From: Myxococcales bacterium
GTDB lineage: Bacteria > Desulfobacterota > Binatia > HRBIN30
NCBI GenBank assembly: GCA_037445065.1
Contig: JBBILD010000009.1
Location: forward strand, 63,577-127,576
Direction: 5' to 3'
DNA length: 64,000 nucleotides
Shown here piece by piece: positions 1 through 10,740 of this stretch. The position numbers and the translations under genes were made by a program. Every line of letters starts with the position of its first letter. Positions within the stretch are counted from its first letter, which is position 1. Below the pieces are notes generated by a model that saw only the letters and a program-made list of their open reading frames with translations, did not search any database and was not told the DNA's origin.

Positions 1-702
1 GTCCTCGAACGGCTCGAGTTCACCCGTCCCGTCAGCGAGCAGCGCGATCTACTCGAGGCTGCGCTGGCGGGAAGTCCGCTCGGGAACGCATCTGACCTCG
101 AAAGCAGCTTACAACAAGTTTTGGATACGGAGCTGCCCACTGGCTTTCGCCTGGCCGACATCCCGCGCCGCCAGTGCCTGCACGAACTCGACTTTCTCCT
201 GCCCGTGCACGCTAGCGAGGGTGGGCAGCGGTTCGTGCGTCCGGCCGATCTTCAGCAGACCTTTGCCCGCCACTGCCAGCTCCCGAATGCGCGCGCGTAC
301 GCGGAAAGCCTCGCCCGCCTCCCGTTTCCTGCATGGGAAGGATTTCTCAAAGGGTACATGGATCTCGTCTTTGAGCACGAGGGGTGCTGGTACCTGGTGG
401 ATTACAAGTCGAACCAGGTGGGAGTGCGCGTAGCCGATTACGCCTCAGAGCGGTTGTTGCCTGTCATGGCCCAGCACCATTACTTGCTCCAATACCACCT
501 CTACACCGTCGCCTTGCACCGATTCTTACGCGAGCGGCTCGCGGACTACGACTACGACGCCCACTTTGGCGGCGTGCTGTACCTGTTCCTCCGTGCCGTC
601 TCGCCGCAACACCCGCCGGGAAGCGGGGTGTTTTTCGATCGCCCACCGCGAGCGCTCATAGAAGCGCTGCACCAACTGTTTGCCGGAGACAAACTGCCAT
701 GA
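1..702 (+). CDS. recB: Exodeoxyribonuclease V beta subunit RecB, C-terminal nuclease domain (5'-truncated by the window edge)
   Basis: Frame 1 is open from nt 1. The translation carries the RecB C-terminal PD-(D/E)xK region (GFLKGYMDLVFEHEGCWYLVDYKSN ... LLQYHLYTVALHRFL). The TGA stop at 700-702 overlaps the recD ATG (ATGA). Confidence 0.85.
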   Translation, partial: VLERLEFTRPVSEQRDLLEAALAGSPLGNASDLESSLQQVLDTELPTGFRLADIPRRQCLHELDFLLPVHASEGGQRFVRPADLQQTFARHCQLPNARAYAESLARLPFPAWEGFLKGYMDLVFEHEGCWYLVDYKSNQVGVRVADYASERLLPVMAQHHYLLQYHLYTVALHRFLRERLADYDYDAHFGGVLYLFLRAVSPQHPPGSGVFFDRPPRALIEALHQLFAGDKLP

Positions 703-2567
703 CGCTCGAGGCCTGGGTGGAAAGCGGCAACCTCTCCTGGCTCGACCTGCATTTGAGTCGCGCCCTCACAACCCTGGGCAGGGTCGAGGGAGAAGAGGCA
801 CAGTTGGTCGTGGCGCTCCTGTCATCGGCCGTGCGCGGCGGCCACGTGTGCCTGGACCTCGCGCACCCCGCGGCAACCCTGCAACGCTTGGGATTCGATC
901 TGTCTTTGGATCCGAGGGTGAACAGAGGCTTCGCGGCGCTGAGGGCGAGCGAACTCGTCAGTGACGGAAGCGAACACACGCCACTGGTGCTCGATTTTGC
1001 GCGTCGCCTGTACTTGCGGCGCTACTGGGAATACGAGCAGTTTGTACTGCGCGCGTTGCGCGAGCGTGCCTCGCAGGTGGAGGAAGCCGCAACGCCCGAC
1101 ACCCTTCGTCCTCTGATCGAGCGCCTGTTCCCTCCCGACCAGGGTGCGAAGGGAGAACCTGACTGGCAAATGGCGGCCGCTTTGATAGCGAGCCGCCGCC
1201 GGTTTTGCGTGATCACCGGCGGGCCCGGTACCGGAAAAACGTACACGGCGGCACGTGTGCTCGCTCTGCTCCTTGAAGTGGCCAAGGAGCGCGGCCAGCC
1301 CGCACCGCGCATCGCCCTGGCCGCGCCCACGGGCAAAGCCGCGGCGCGGCTTGCGCAGACGATTGGCGAGGCGCGCGACCACTTGGCCAGTGCCGTGAGC
1401 ATGGAGACGTGCAGCCGACTCCCAGCCGAGGCTTCCACGATCCACCGTTTGCTGCGGCCCATCGGCGGTAGTGACGCCCGCTTTGTCTTTTGCGCCGATC
1501 ACCCATTACTGGCGGACGTGGTGGTGGTGGACGAATGCTCCATGGTAGACCTGGCGTTGTTCGCGCACCTTCTCGCCGCCGTTCCTCCGCATGCGCGTTT
1601 GATCCTGCTCGGCGACGAACACCAGCTCGCCTCCGTGGAGGCGGGAGCGGTGCTGGGCGACATTTGCGATCGCGGCCGCGAACGCGGCTACTCTGCTGAG
1701 CAAGCCGCCTGGCTCGAGCGTGCCAGCGGCGGCCGCCTCGCCGGCGTTCCCTTGGGTAGCAGCGCAAATACCCCTCTGGCCGATTGCATCGTACGGCTCA
1801 AACGCAACTACCGTTTCCGCGGGGAAGGGGGCATCGGGGCGCTGGCGCGCGCCATCAACCGAGGCGACAGCGAAGAGGCGTGGCGGCTGCTCGAGAAGGC
1901 TGGCGCAGGCGATGCCATCGGCCTTGCCCCGCCTGCACGAGAACGAGAGATCCGCAGCGAGCTACGAGAAGCGGTAAGGAAGGGCTTTGCCCCGTACTTA
2001 CGCAAAAGGGATCCCGGCGAACGGCTGGAGCAGTTCGAGCAGTACCGGGTGCTTTGCCCGCACCGGCACGGTCCGGCGGGAGTCTCGTTTCTCAACCGCC
2101 AAATCGAAGCCTGTCTAGCGCGCGCCAACCTCATCCGGCCCTATGCGGCCTGGTACGACGGACGCCCGGTACTGGTCACCGAAAACTCTTACGCACTGCG
2201 GCTTTTCAATGGCGATATCGGCGTCGTCACCGAGCGCAGCGGAGAAGGGCGCGGGCCCCAGGTGGCGTTTCGGACCGCGAGTGGGGAACTCCGCTTCGTG
2301 CCCCCCATCTGGCTTCCGGCGCACCAAACCGCGTTCGCGATGACCATCCACAAGAGCCAAGGCTCGGAGTTCGAGTGCGTTGACGTAGTGCTCCCGCAGC
2401 AACCTGGCCCGCTTCTGACGCGCGAGTTGCTCTACACCGCGATTACCCGCGCCAAGCAGCGAGTCGTGCTACACAGCAACCGGGAAGTGTTCGTCACTGC
2501 CGTCAGGCAGCGGGTCGAACGTTCCTCGGGCCTGCGCGACGGGCTGTGGGGAGCGAGCGGAGAATAG
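699..2567 (+). CDS. recD: Exodeoxyribonuclease V alpha subunit RecD (SF1 helicase)
   Basis: Walker A VITGGPGTGKTYT, VVVVDECSMVD, LILLGDEHQLASVEAG, and C-terminal AMTIHKSQGSEF...LYTAITRAK. ATG 699 (MTLEAWVES...) is preferred; the 384-698 extension of the tracked ORF overlaps recB and is Arg/Pro-rich. Confidence 0.9.
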   Translation: MTLEAWVESGNLSWLDLHLSRALTTLGRVEGEEAQLVVALLSSAVRGGHVCLDLAHPAATLQRLGFDLSLDPRVNRGFAALRASELVSDGSEHTPLVLDFARRLYLRRYWEYEQFVLRALRERASQVEEAATPDTLRPLIERLFPPDQGAKGEPDWQMAAALIASRRRFCVITGGPGTGKTYTAARVLALLLEVAKERGQPAPRIALAAPTGKAAARLAQTIGEARDHLASAVSMETCSRLPAEASTIHRLLRPIGGSDARFVFCADHPLLADVVVVDECSMVDLALFAHLLAAVPPHARLILLGDEHQLASVEAGAVLGDICDRGRERGYSAEQAAWLERASGGRLAGVPLGSSANTPLADCIVRLKRNYRFRGEGGIGALARAINRGDSEEAWRLLEKAGAGDAIGLAPPAREREIRSELREAVRKGFAPYLRKRDPGERLEQFEQYRVLCPHRHGPAGVSFLNRQIEACLARANLIRPYAAWYDGRPVLVTENSYALRLFNGDIGVVTERSGEGRGPQVAFRTASGELRFVPPIWLPAHQTAFAMTIHKSQGSEFECVDVVLPQQPGPLLTRELLYTAITRAKQRVVLHSNREVFVTAVRQRVERSSGLRDGLWGASGE

Positions 2568-2618
2568 CCCCAGGCGCGGGGATCGCCGCGCGAGCAACCG
2601 CGCGGGCTGGGCTGCGCT

Positions 2619-3613
<995 letters not shown>

Positions 3614-3626
<13 letters not shown>

Positions 3627-4609
3627 GTGGGGGCGACAGGACAGACGGGGTGCTGGTCGAGGCGCGGGGCCTCAAGAAGTACTTTCCGGTACGCCGGAGT
3701 TGGGGCCGCGTGCGTGAGGTGGTGCGGGCGGTGGACGGAGTGGACCTGTTCGTCCGTCCGGGGGAGACTTTAGGGATTGTGGGGGAGTCGGGCTGCGGTA
3801 AGTCGACCCTCGGCCGGCTGCTCTTGCGCCTCATCGAACCCAGCGAGGGCGAAATTTGGTTCGCAGGCGAGAACCTCTCCCGCCTGCGCGGACGGGCCCT
3901 GCGGCGCAAGCGGCGCGAGATGCAGATCATCTTTCAGGACCCGTACAGTTCGCTCAACCCGCGCATGCGCGTCGGCGAGATCGTTGGCGAAGGGCTGGCG
4001 ATCCATGGCCTGGCGCGGGGGCAGGAGCGACGCGAGCGGGTCATCGAACTCTTGCGCCGAGTCGGACTCTCGCCCGATGCCTACGACCGCTACCCGCACG
4101 AGTTCAGCGGCGGCCAGCGGCAGCGCATCGGGATCGCGCGCGCCTTGGCGGTGGAGCCTCGCTTTCTCGTCGCCGACGAACCGGTCTCCGCCCTGGATGT
4201 GTCGGTGCAAGCACAGATCGTGAATTTGCTGCAGGACCTACAACAGGAGCGCGGGCTTGCGTACTTGTTTATCGCGCACGACCTGCGCGTCGTGGAGTAC
4301 ATCAGCCACCGCGTCGCCATCATGTATCTGGGCAAAATCGTGGAGCTCGCGGAAGCTGAAGAACTCTACCGCAACCCCCGCCACCCGTACACGCGCGCCC
4401 TTCTCAGTGCCATCCCCGAGCCCGACCCAGATCGCGGGAAAACGCGCCTGGTCTTGCCCGGCGATCCACCGAGCCCCATTCATCCGCCACCGGGATGCGC
4501 CTTTCACCCGCGCTGCCCGTTCGCGGAAGCGCGTTGCCGCAGCGAGGTGCCGCGTTTGATTGCCAACGCACAAGGCCACGCAGTTGCCTGTCACGTGTTT
4601 CCGGCATGA
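3614..4609 (+). CDS. ABC transporter ATP-binding protein, oligopeptide/dipeptide DppF/OppF type
   Basis: Walker [38 protein letters not shown]...[12 protein letters not shown] at 3614, or at 3623 where it overlaps the upstream stop as ATGA. The tracked 3485 start lies inside the previous gene. Confidence 0.9.
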
Positions 4610-4670
4610 GCGTGTTTGCACCGTGGACCCCGAGCAGGTATGAGTGCGCAGCGACGAGGAGAGGACCAGA

Positions 4671-5144
4671 GTGGCGTTTTGGAATCGGGCACCCAGCGAG
4701 CGTAGCGTGGGGGAAAAAACCCCCGAGCCCGCGCCAGAAACGCCAGCGAACTCCCCACAGACCCCCAGGCACGGTGGGGGGCTCGACGCAACTGCCTTAC
4801 CGGCAACGATGGTCACGGAAACCTCGAACATTCGCCAATCCCTAGGCCGCGAGACCACGGTCACCGGCAAGCTCAGTTTCAATGCCCCGACGCGCATCGA
4901 TGGCGTCCTCAACGGCGAGGTGCGTGCCAGCGACCTCTTGGTCATCGGCGAGGAGGGCAAGGTAGACGGGGCCGTCCGCGCACAACAATTGTTGGTGCTG
5001 GGCGAAGTGTGCGGTGAGCTGCATGTGGAGGGGCGCACCGAGATCGGCGCAACCGGCAAGGTGCGCGGCGTCCTGCACAGCCGCCACCTGGTCGTCCACC
5101 CAGGCGCGTTCCTCGACGGCGACTGCAAGATCGGTCCGCGCTGA
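4671..5144 (+). CDS. Bactofilin-family polymer-forming cytoskeletal protein
   Basis: Beta-helical bactofilin-like repeats (TVTGKLSFNAPTRIDGVLNGEVRASDLLVIGEEGKVDGAVRAQQLLVLGEVCGELHVEGRTEIGATGKVRGVLHSRHLVVHPGAFLDGDCKI) follow a Pro/Glu-rich N-terminal tail. GTG 4671 has a GAGGAG about 9 nt upstream; GTG 4644 is an alternative. Confidence 0.78.
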   Translation: MAFWNRAPSERSVGEKTPEPAPETPANSPQTPRHGGGLDATALPATMVTETSNIRQSLGRETTVTGKLSFNAPTRIDGVLNGEVRASDLLVIGEEGKVDGAVRAQQLLVLGEVCGELHVEGRTEIGATGKVRGVLHSRHLVVHPGAFLDGDCKIGPR

Positions 5145-5477
5145 GCACCCTGTCTGCACGGGGCCGTGCACCGCCTCCGAGGGCAGACGCTGCGCGCCGA
5201 GCCCGAACTTTCCTGCGCAACGCCTGCGGTGCTGCTTGGCGGTCTGCTGCGCGCAGCCGTCAGACGGTGGAAGCGGAACGCGGCGGCAGCCTGGTTGCGA
5301 CCAGCCAGGCACGGTGTTGCCCCTGACATGGCGCACCACCGTGCGCTCCATGGTGGGTGTCCTCGGAACCCTGTCGTGGGTGTCCTGGCAACGGTGGCCT
5401 GCCGGGCAAGCGGGCCGGCTGCCCGCCTGCCCACCACACGTGCACACGGGCTGGCAAGGGAGAAGACCCGTGCCTCC

Positions 5478-7895
5478 TCAAGCGGTGCCTCGAACCGCCC
5501 AACGAAATGCGCCCACGCCTGAGGCGTAAATCAAAACGGCGAGCACGGTGACGACCTGAAAGCTCCACGTGATCCCGATGATAACGGCCAGGACAGTGCC
5601 AATCACACTGGCACAGCCGTTCGCGCCCCAGCCCCAAGGAACCAAACCAGGGTTGATCTCACGTACGATGCGAATGCCATTGGGGAAAAACGCCCCCATC
5701 ACCAGGCCGAGAGGTGCAAGCAAAGCCACCGCAACCAGAATGCGCACCGCCAGCCCAAAGCCGAGAAAGAACTCGAACACCTGCGGAAGCACGACCAAGT
5801 AACTCAGAGCCAGGCCAGCCAGCACGAACAGCAACCGTTGGATTTGCCGCAAGCGATCGCGCGTATGCTCGGTCCGATAACTGCCAATTCCCGTGAAGAC
5901 GAGCAGAGAGAAGAGAACCACACTGAGCGCGTACGTGGGGTAACCGAGGAAAAGGGTAAACCTCTGGATAAAACTGATCTCCAGCAAGATGAACCCCAGG
6001 CCCAAGGCGACAAAGTAGAACAAAAGGCCCGACTTACGGGGCACAGCGTGCAAACCGGTGCGCAGCTTTGCGAGCGGCATGAGGATCAGCAGCGCCGAGA
6101 ACAACACCGATTGCGCCAGCATGATCAGTAGCACCACCTGTCCGGTGGCGTACGAGCGGCGAGGGTCGAAAGAGGCGCGTTCGCCGAGGCTACTCCACTT
6201 ATAAAAATTGAAGAAAAACGGACTCTCGTCAGTGGCTGGTTTCAAGCTCAGGTAGACGGAGTCCATATAAGCCGCGCGCTCCTGCTCGTTCCCGAGCAAG
6301 AGAGTAGAGTGCCCCGTCGGGAGTCGCCGGTCTGGCCGATGCCAGATGTCGAAACCCTGTTCGTTCGCGAAAGACTCGATTTTCGCAACCTCTTCCGGAG
6401 AAAAAGGCTCGTTTTTCACCAGCGTTTGCGTGAGAGCGAAGAAATCACGGCTGGCGAGCACAAAAACGTGCTGCCCCGGGGAAGCGACGCCGCGATCGTG
6501 AAGTGCTTTACGCACGACCGAAGCCAAGCGCAGGCTGTGCCGGGGGAGTTCGGTGGCATGGCGCAAATCTCCCATCGACATCGAAAACATCCCCCCAGGT
6601 TTGAGATGGGCCAGGTACTCACGCACAGCATCGGCAGTGTAGAGGTAGCTCTCCGAAAGGACGTAGGCGCCGGTGGTAAGCGCGGAGAGGGTGTCTACGC
6701 CGTTAATCATGATGAGATCGTATTTCTCGTGCTGGGATCGCAGGTAATTTCTCCCCTCCGCCGCAACCACTTTGACGTTGGGCAGGTTGAACACGTTCCC
6801 GTTCCACTGGGAAAGCAGACGTTTCCCGATGTCGACTGTAACCGGATTCAATTCGACGCCTACAATCGAGGCTGCACTGTTGGCAACCGCCGTGAGGACG
6901 TCCGCCCCTCCCCCAATCCCGATCAAGAGCACTCGCGGTTTTTCGAGAAGAACGTAGGGAGCGCGTAAAATGTGGTGGCGGAACAGCGCAATTTCGTCGA
7001 GGCTCCCGTTCCAGCGATACATCACGGCACAGGAATCTCCGTCGTAGGAGACCATGCCGAATTGCGGCTTTGGCCCCGTGTACCCCCGGCCGAGCCCGAC
7101 GCGCGCATAGCTGCCCTCGGGGTCGCTCAGCTTCACGAAGTCTACCCGGTTGATCGGGGTCCACTTTTTCACGAGATGCTCGCTATCGCTCCGAGCGAGA
7201 AACAGCGCCAAGAACTTGCTCGGTGCCGGCTTGAAGTCGAGCGAGTTTGCGACCGGCAGCGACGCTACAGTGATTAGCCCCAGCCCCAAGGCCGCGGGAA
7301 CCAAGATGGTGCGGCCTTCCCCGACCGCGAAAAACACCGCGGCCGCAGCAAATGCCAGGCTCGAGAGCAGGGTGGCCAGGGGCGTCCCCACCACCCAAAT
7401 CGCGGCCACTGCCAAGCTGCAGGCGAGTGCACCACCGAGCAAGTCCGCAAAATAGAGTCGGCTGACCGCTCGAGAAGCAAGCGTCAAGGTGCCGGATACA
7501 CTGATGCCGGCCAAGAAAAACGGCAGAGCGACGGCCACGTAGTACAGGAACAACGTGCCGATCTGGTTACGGTTCGCCAGCACCTGCATAGGGTCGAGAC
7601 GCACGTCGGCGAAAACGTACAGTGCGAGAAACACGGTTAAACTCGCGGCAAGGACCGAGCCAGCAAGGAGCCTCCTTCCTCCACGCTCCAGCAGTGCCGG
7701 GAACGCTGCCAGCACGGCGCCCGCACCGCCGAAGCCGAGCAGCGCAACGCTGATTGTGAGATACGCGAAATGGTACCAAATCGTGAAGGAAAAGATTCGG
7801 GTAAGGGTTATCTGGAGAAGGAGTACCCCAAAAGTGGTCAACCCCAGCGCGACGTAAAGCGAGAGGGGGACGCGTTCCTGCCGCAAGTCTGCCAT
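5478..7895 (-). CDS. Polytopic membrane protein with a central spermidine-synthase-like (SAM methyltransferase fold) domain
   Basis: About 805 aa with many hydrophobic helices at both ends. The central domain has LLIGIGGGADVLTAV...IVGVELNP...AEGRNYL...YDLIMINGVD, typical of the SpeE-like fold. ATG 7895 (MADLRQERVPLSLYV) has a GAGG upstream; the longer tracked ORF adds a non-protein-like leader. Confidence 0.8.
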   Translation of the reverse strand: MADLRQERVPLSLYVALGLTTFGVLLLQITLTRIFSFTIWYHFAYLTISVALLGFGGAGAVLAAFPALLERGGRRLLAGSVLAASLTVFLALYVFADVRLDPMQVLANRNQIGTLFLYYVAVALPFFLAGISVSGTLTLASRAVSRLYFADLLGGALACSLAVAAIWVVGTPLATLLSSLAFAAAAVFFAVGEGRTILVPAALGLGLITVASLPVANSLDFKPAPSKFLALFLARSDSEHLVKKWTPINRVDFVKLSDPEGSYARVGLGRGYTGPKPQFGMVSYDGDSCAVMYRWNGSLDEIALFRHHILRAPYVLLEKPRVLLIGIGGGADVLTAVANSAASIVGVELNPVTVDIGKRLLSQWNGNVFNLPNVKVVAAEGRNYLRSQHEKYDLIMINGVDTLSALTTGAYVLSESYLYTADAVREYLAHLKPGGMFSMSMGDLRHATELPRHSLRLASVVRKALHDRGVASPGQHVFVLASRDFFALTQTLVKNEPFSPEEVAKIESFANEQGFDIWHRPDRRLPTGHSTLLLGNEQERAAYMDSVYLSLKPATDESPFFFNFYKWSSLGERASFDPRRSYATGQVVLLIMLAQSVLFSALLILMPLAKLRTGLHAVPRKSGLLFYFVALGLGFILLEISFIQRFTLFLGYPTYALSVVLFSLLVFTGIGSYRTEHTRDRLRQIQRLLFVLAGLALSYLVVLPQVFEFFLGFGLAVRILVAVALLAPLGLVMGAFFPNGIRIVREINPGLVPWGWGANGCASVIGTVLAVIIGITWSFQVVTVLAVLIYASGVGAFRWAVRGTA

Positions 7896-8282
7896 CGAAC
7901 GTCTAACCTCGGAGGCGGCCGCATGGCATAGGTTGGTCCACAAGTAAAGCGCGGAGTCTCGCGTTCCCTTTTTCGCGTGCCGTGCCTCGCATCTGTGGAG
8001 GCACCGCCTCCGAAACGCGGGCGTCACTCGCCCCGTTCCATGCACCATGCCGGAGCCGGCAACGGGCAATGCTCCGGGCTCGGGCGGTTGGGGGCTCCGT
8101 TCGGGTCCACGCGGCTACTGCTAGGTATGCGGGGGATAGACGATGAAACACGCCCGGCCACCATCGGTGCAGCGGCGCACATCCGCAAACGAACTCGAGT
8201 AGCCCTGCCGGACGCAACGTGTCGGTGGGGGCGGGGCGTTATGGCGAGGCAAACGGGGAAGTGACACCGATACCGCGACGTT

Positions 8283-8366
8283 TGTAGGGGCAGGCCTTGT
8301 GCCTGCCCGTGCCGAACCACCCGTGCGCGGATGGTACCACGGGCGGCCACAAGGGCCGCGCCTACA
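8283..8366. repeat. 84-nt nested palindromic (REP/BIME-like) element
   Basis: TGTAGG (8283-8288) pairs with CCTACA (8361-8366). Inner hairpin 1 is GGGCAGGC/cttgt/GCCTGCCC (8288-8308). Inner hairpin 2 is GCGGCC/acaag/GGCCGC (8343-8359). CCCGTG (8306-8311) pairs with CACGGG (8338-8343). The two halves are inverted, diverged copies of one ~35-nt unit. Confidence 0.6.
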
Positions 8367-8549
8367 GATCCAGGTTTCGGCATTGTTCCCTAGGTGCTCG
8401 ATCTCTCTGGAACGGCGTGCGGCTTGGCCTGCATGGTCGTCGAAGCCAAGCGGCCATCCGCTCCCGTAGGTCGGCTTTGCTCCGCGGCAAGCCAGCGACT
8501 AAGCAGTGGTTCACTGCACCATTCGTGCGCAATCGAGTAGAACGACCCC

Positions 8550-9530
8550 ATGCTCGTCCTTTCAGCCTCTGCTGCAAACCTGGAGCGGGCCGCCGCGCTG
8601 CTGCGCCGCGGCGGTGTGGTGGCCTTTCCTACCGAAACCGTCTACGGGCTGGGGGCCGTGGCGCTCGATCCCGAGGCAGTGGCTCGGGTGTTCGAGATCA
8701 AAGGCCGCCCGCGGTTCGATCCGCTCATTGTGCACGCTGCCAGCCTGGCGGAGGTCGAACCGCTGATCGCCGGGCTGCCCGAGCGTGCGCGCGCCGTCGC
8801 GGAGCGATTCTGGCCGGGTCCGCTCACTTTGGTCCTACGCAAGTCGGCACGGATTCCGGACATTGTCACCGCTGGCCTCGACACGGTGGCGGTTCGGGTA
8901 CCCGCCCATCCGGTCGCGCTGGAACTGTTGCGCCGGGTGGGGATGCCGCTTGCTGCCCCGAGCGCCAACCTCTTTGGAATGGCAAGCCCCACCACGGCCG
9001 AACACGTCCGTTCGCAGCTCGGGGCCCGGATTGACGCTTTGCTCGACGGTGGGGCCTGCGCGGTGGGCATCGAATCCACCGTGGTGCTGATCCCCGAGCA
9101 AGGCCCTGCGGTGCTTTTGCGTCCCGGCGGCACGCCGGTGGAAGAACTCGAGCCGCTGCTCGGTCCGCTCGAGCGCTCGACTGCAGCCGGGCAGCGACCC
9201 TTGGCTCCTGGGCAGCTCTTGCGCCACTATGCGCCGCGCACGCCGCTCGAGTTGTGCGATTGGGTGATCCCGCCCGCTCGCGGTGAAAGGGCGGGGCTGA
9301 TTGCCTTTACTCCCCAACAGGTAACCGACGGGTTCGCTGCCGTAGAGGTGCTCTCGGAGACCGGCAACTTGCGTGAGGCAGCGACGCGGCTGTTCGCGGC
9401 CATGCACCGGCTCGACGCCCTTGGCCTCGAACGCATCGTGGCCACGCGGGTACCAGCTTCGGGTTTGGGTCTGGCGATCAACGACCGCCTCGAGCGCGCC
9501 GCGAGACAGACATCCGAAACGCTTGCCTAA
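8550..9530 (+). CDS. tsaC: L-threonylcarbamoyladenylate synthase (Sua5/YwlC-type TsaC)
   Basis: LRRGGVVAFPTETVYGLGA, FEIKGRPRFDPLIVH, PGPLTLVL, VAVRVPAHPVA...PLAAPSAN, plus the Sua5 C-terminal domain (326 aa). Confidence 0.9.
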   Translation: MLVLSASAANLERAAALLRRGGVVAFPTETVYGLGAVALDPEAVARVFEIKGRPRFDPLIVHAASLAEVEPLIAGLPERARAVAERFWPGPLTLVLRKSARIPDIVTAGLDTVAVRVPAHPVALELLRRVGMPLAAPSANLFGMASPTTAEHVRSQLGARIDALLDGGACAVGIESTVVLIPEQGPAVLLRPGGTPVEELEPLLGPLERSTAAGQRPLAPGQLLRHYAPRTPLELCDWVIPPARGERAGLIAFTPQQVTDGFAAVEVLSETGNLREAATRLFAAMHRLDALGLERIVATRVPASGLGLAINDRLERAARQTSETLA

Positions 9531-9589
9531 GCCACTTCCGTTCGGGCATACCTTGCCCGGGCTCGCCTTCGGGCAGGCCCAAAGGGGAG

Positions 9590-10309
9590 ATGAGCACCGC
9601 GGTCCACACCCGCACGGAATGGGTCGAGATTCCCAAACTCGGCAGCGTGCGCCTGCGGGCGCTCGCCCCCGCACGGCCGCTGCCCTTCGCGTCTGCGGTT
9701 CTGGTGCTCGCCCACGGTGCGGGAAACGACATGGACACCCCGCTCCTCGTGGAGCTTCAGCGCCTACTGGCAACAGATGGGCTTGCGTGTGTGACGTTCA
9801 ATTTTCTTTACCGCCAGCACAAACGCACAGCGCCGGATGCGATGCCGGTGCTGGAGGAAACCTATCGCTGCGTGGTCGAACGCGTCCGTTCTGTGTTCGG
9901 CCCCAAACAACCGCTGGTGCTGGGGGGCAAGTCGCTCGGCGGGCGGGTGGCCTCTCACTTGGTGGCCGCCGGCGAGCGTACCCGTGGTCTTGTGTTTCTC
10001 GGCTACCCGCTCCATCCAGCCGGCCGGCCCCAGCAAGTACGCACCGCGCACTGGTCGCGTATTCGCGTTCCCATGCTCTTTATCCAAGGAACACGCGACC
10101 CCTTGTGCCAACTCGACCTTTTGCGCGCAGCGCTGGTGAGCTGGGAGGAAGAAAGCGGCTGCGCAGCGGCGCTGGAAATCATCGAGGGCGGGGACCACTC
10201 GTTTGTACTGCCCCGCTCGCTCGGCAAAAGCCAAGCAACCGTGTACCGCGATATCGCCGGCCGAATTGCGCGTTGGTTCGAAAGCGTCCTGCGCGTGCCG
10301 GTCGGGTGA
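9590..10309 (+). CDS. Alpha/beta-fold hydrolase (COG3571/KANL3-Tex30-like, dienelactone-hydrolase-like)
   Basis: VLVLAHGAGNDMDTPLL, nucleophile-elbow-like GGKSLGGRVAS, FIQGTRDPL, GGDHSF. A GGGGAG sequence sits just upstream of the ATG. Confidence 0.78.
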   Translation: MSTAVHTRTEWVEIPKLGSVRLRALAPARPLPFASAVLVLAHGAGNDMDTPLLVELQRLLATDGLACVTFNFLYRQHKRTAPDAMPVLEETYRCVVERVRSVFGPKQPLVLGGKSLGGRVASHLVAAGERTRGLVFLGYPLHPAGRPQQVRTAHWSRIRVPMLFIQGTRDPLCQLDLLRAALVSWEEESGCAAALEIIEGGDHSFVLPRSLGKSQATVYRDIAGRIARWFESVLRVPVG

Positions 10310-10419
10310 AGCGGGGGAACCGCACGTGCGCGGCAGCCGCGTGCCAGGCGAGCGCTGCACGCTGGCCGGATTCCCGTTAGATGAGCCAAGGATTCCACGC
10401 GCAATCGAGGAGGAACACC

Positions 10420-10734
10420 ATGGCGGATGAGAAGAAAACCGCAGCCCTGACCGAAAAGATCCAAATCCAAATTGACCCGCAACAAGCCAGTGGCGTGTAC
10501 TCGAACTTGATGATGATCAGCCACCGGAAGGAGGAGTTCATTCTCGATTTCCTGTTCGTGCAACCGCAGCGGAGCCCACAGGGAGAAATGGTGGCGAACC
10601 TGCGGGCGCGGGTCATCACCTCGCCCGAGCACATGAAGCGCATCTTGCGCGCCATCGAGGAGAACATCGCCCGCTACGAAGCAGCGTTCGGCCCCATCCA
10701 CGCTGCGACCGACATTCCGCGCGTCACGCACTGA
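10420..10734 (+). CDS. DUF3467-like small conserved protein
   Basis: MADEKKTAALTEKIQIQIDPQQASGVYSNLMMISHRKEEFILDFLF... matches my recollection of DUF3467. A strong SD (GAGGAGGAACACC) precedes ATG 10420. Confidence 0.7.
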   Translation: MADEKKTAALTEKIQIQIDPQQASGVYSNLMMISHRKEEFILDFLFVQPQRSPQGEMVANLRARVITSPEHMKRILRAIEENIARYEAAFGPIHAATDIPRVTH

Positions 10735-10740
10735 GGCCGT

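Noticed and set aside
384-698. N-terminal extensions of tracked ORFs, such as the recD ORF starting at 384. Others are 3485, 8069, 13863, 29272, 34014, 38754, 42104, 43051, 45613, 46121, 58450, 60345 and 61447.
   Set aside because: The extensions overlap the preceding gene or an intergenic region, are Arg/Pro-rich, and lack homology-like sequence. Internal starts with SD-like sequences or stop/start overlaps give proteins beginning at the conserved N-termini.
4238-5437. 399-aa ORF on the minus strand, opposite the dppF end and the bactofilin gene
   Set aside because: It is Arg/Ala/Pro/Ser-rich and low-complexity, with no motifs, and lies antisense to two well-supported genes. Long spurious ORFs are expected at this GC content. 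The same applies to 8835-9773(-), 9373-10380(+), 19533-20537(-), 55823-56530(-) and 57437-58246(-).
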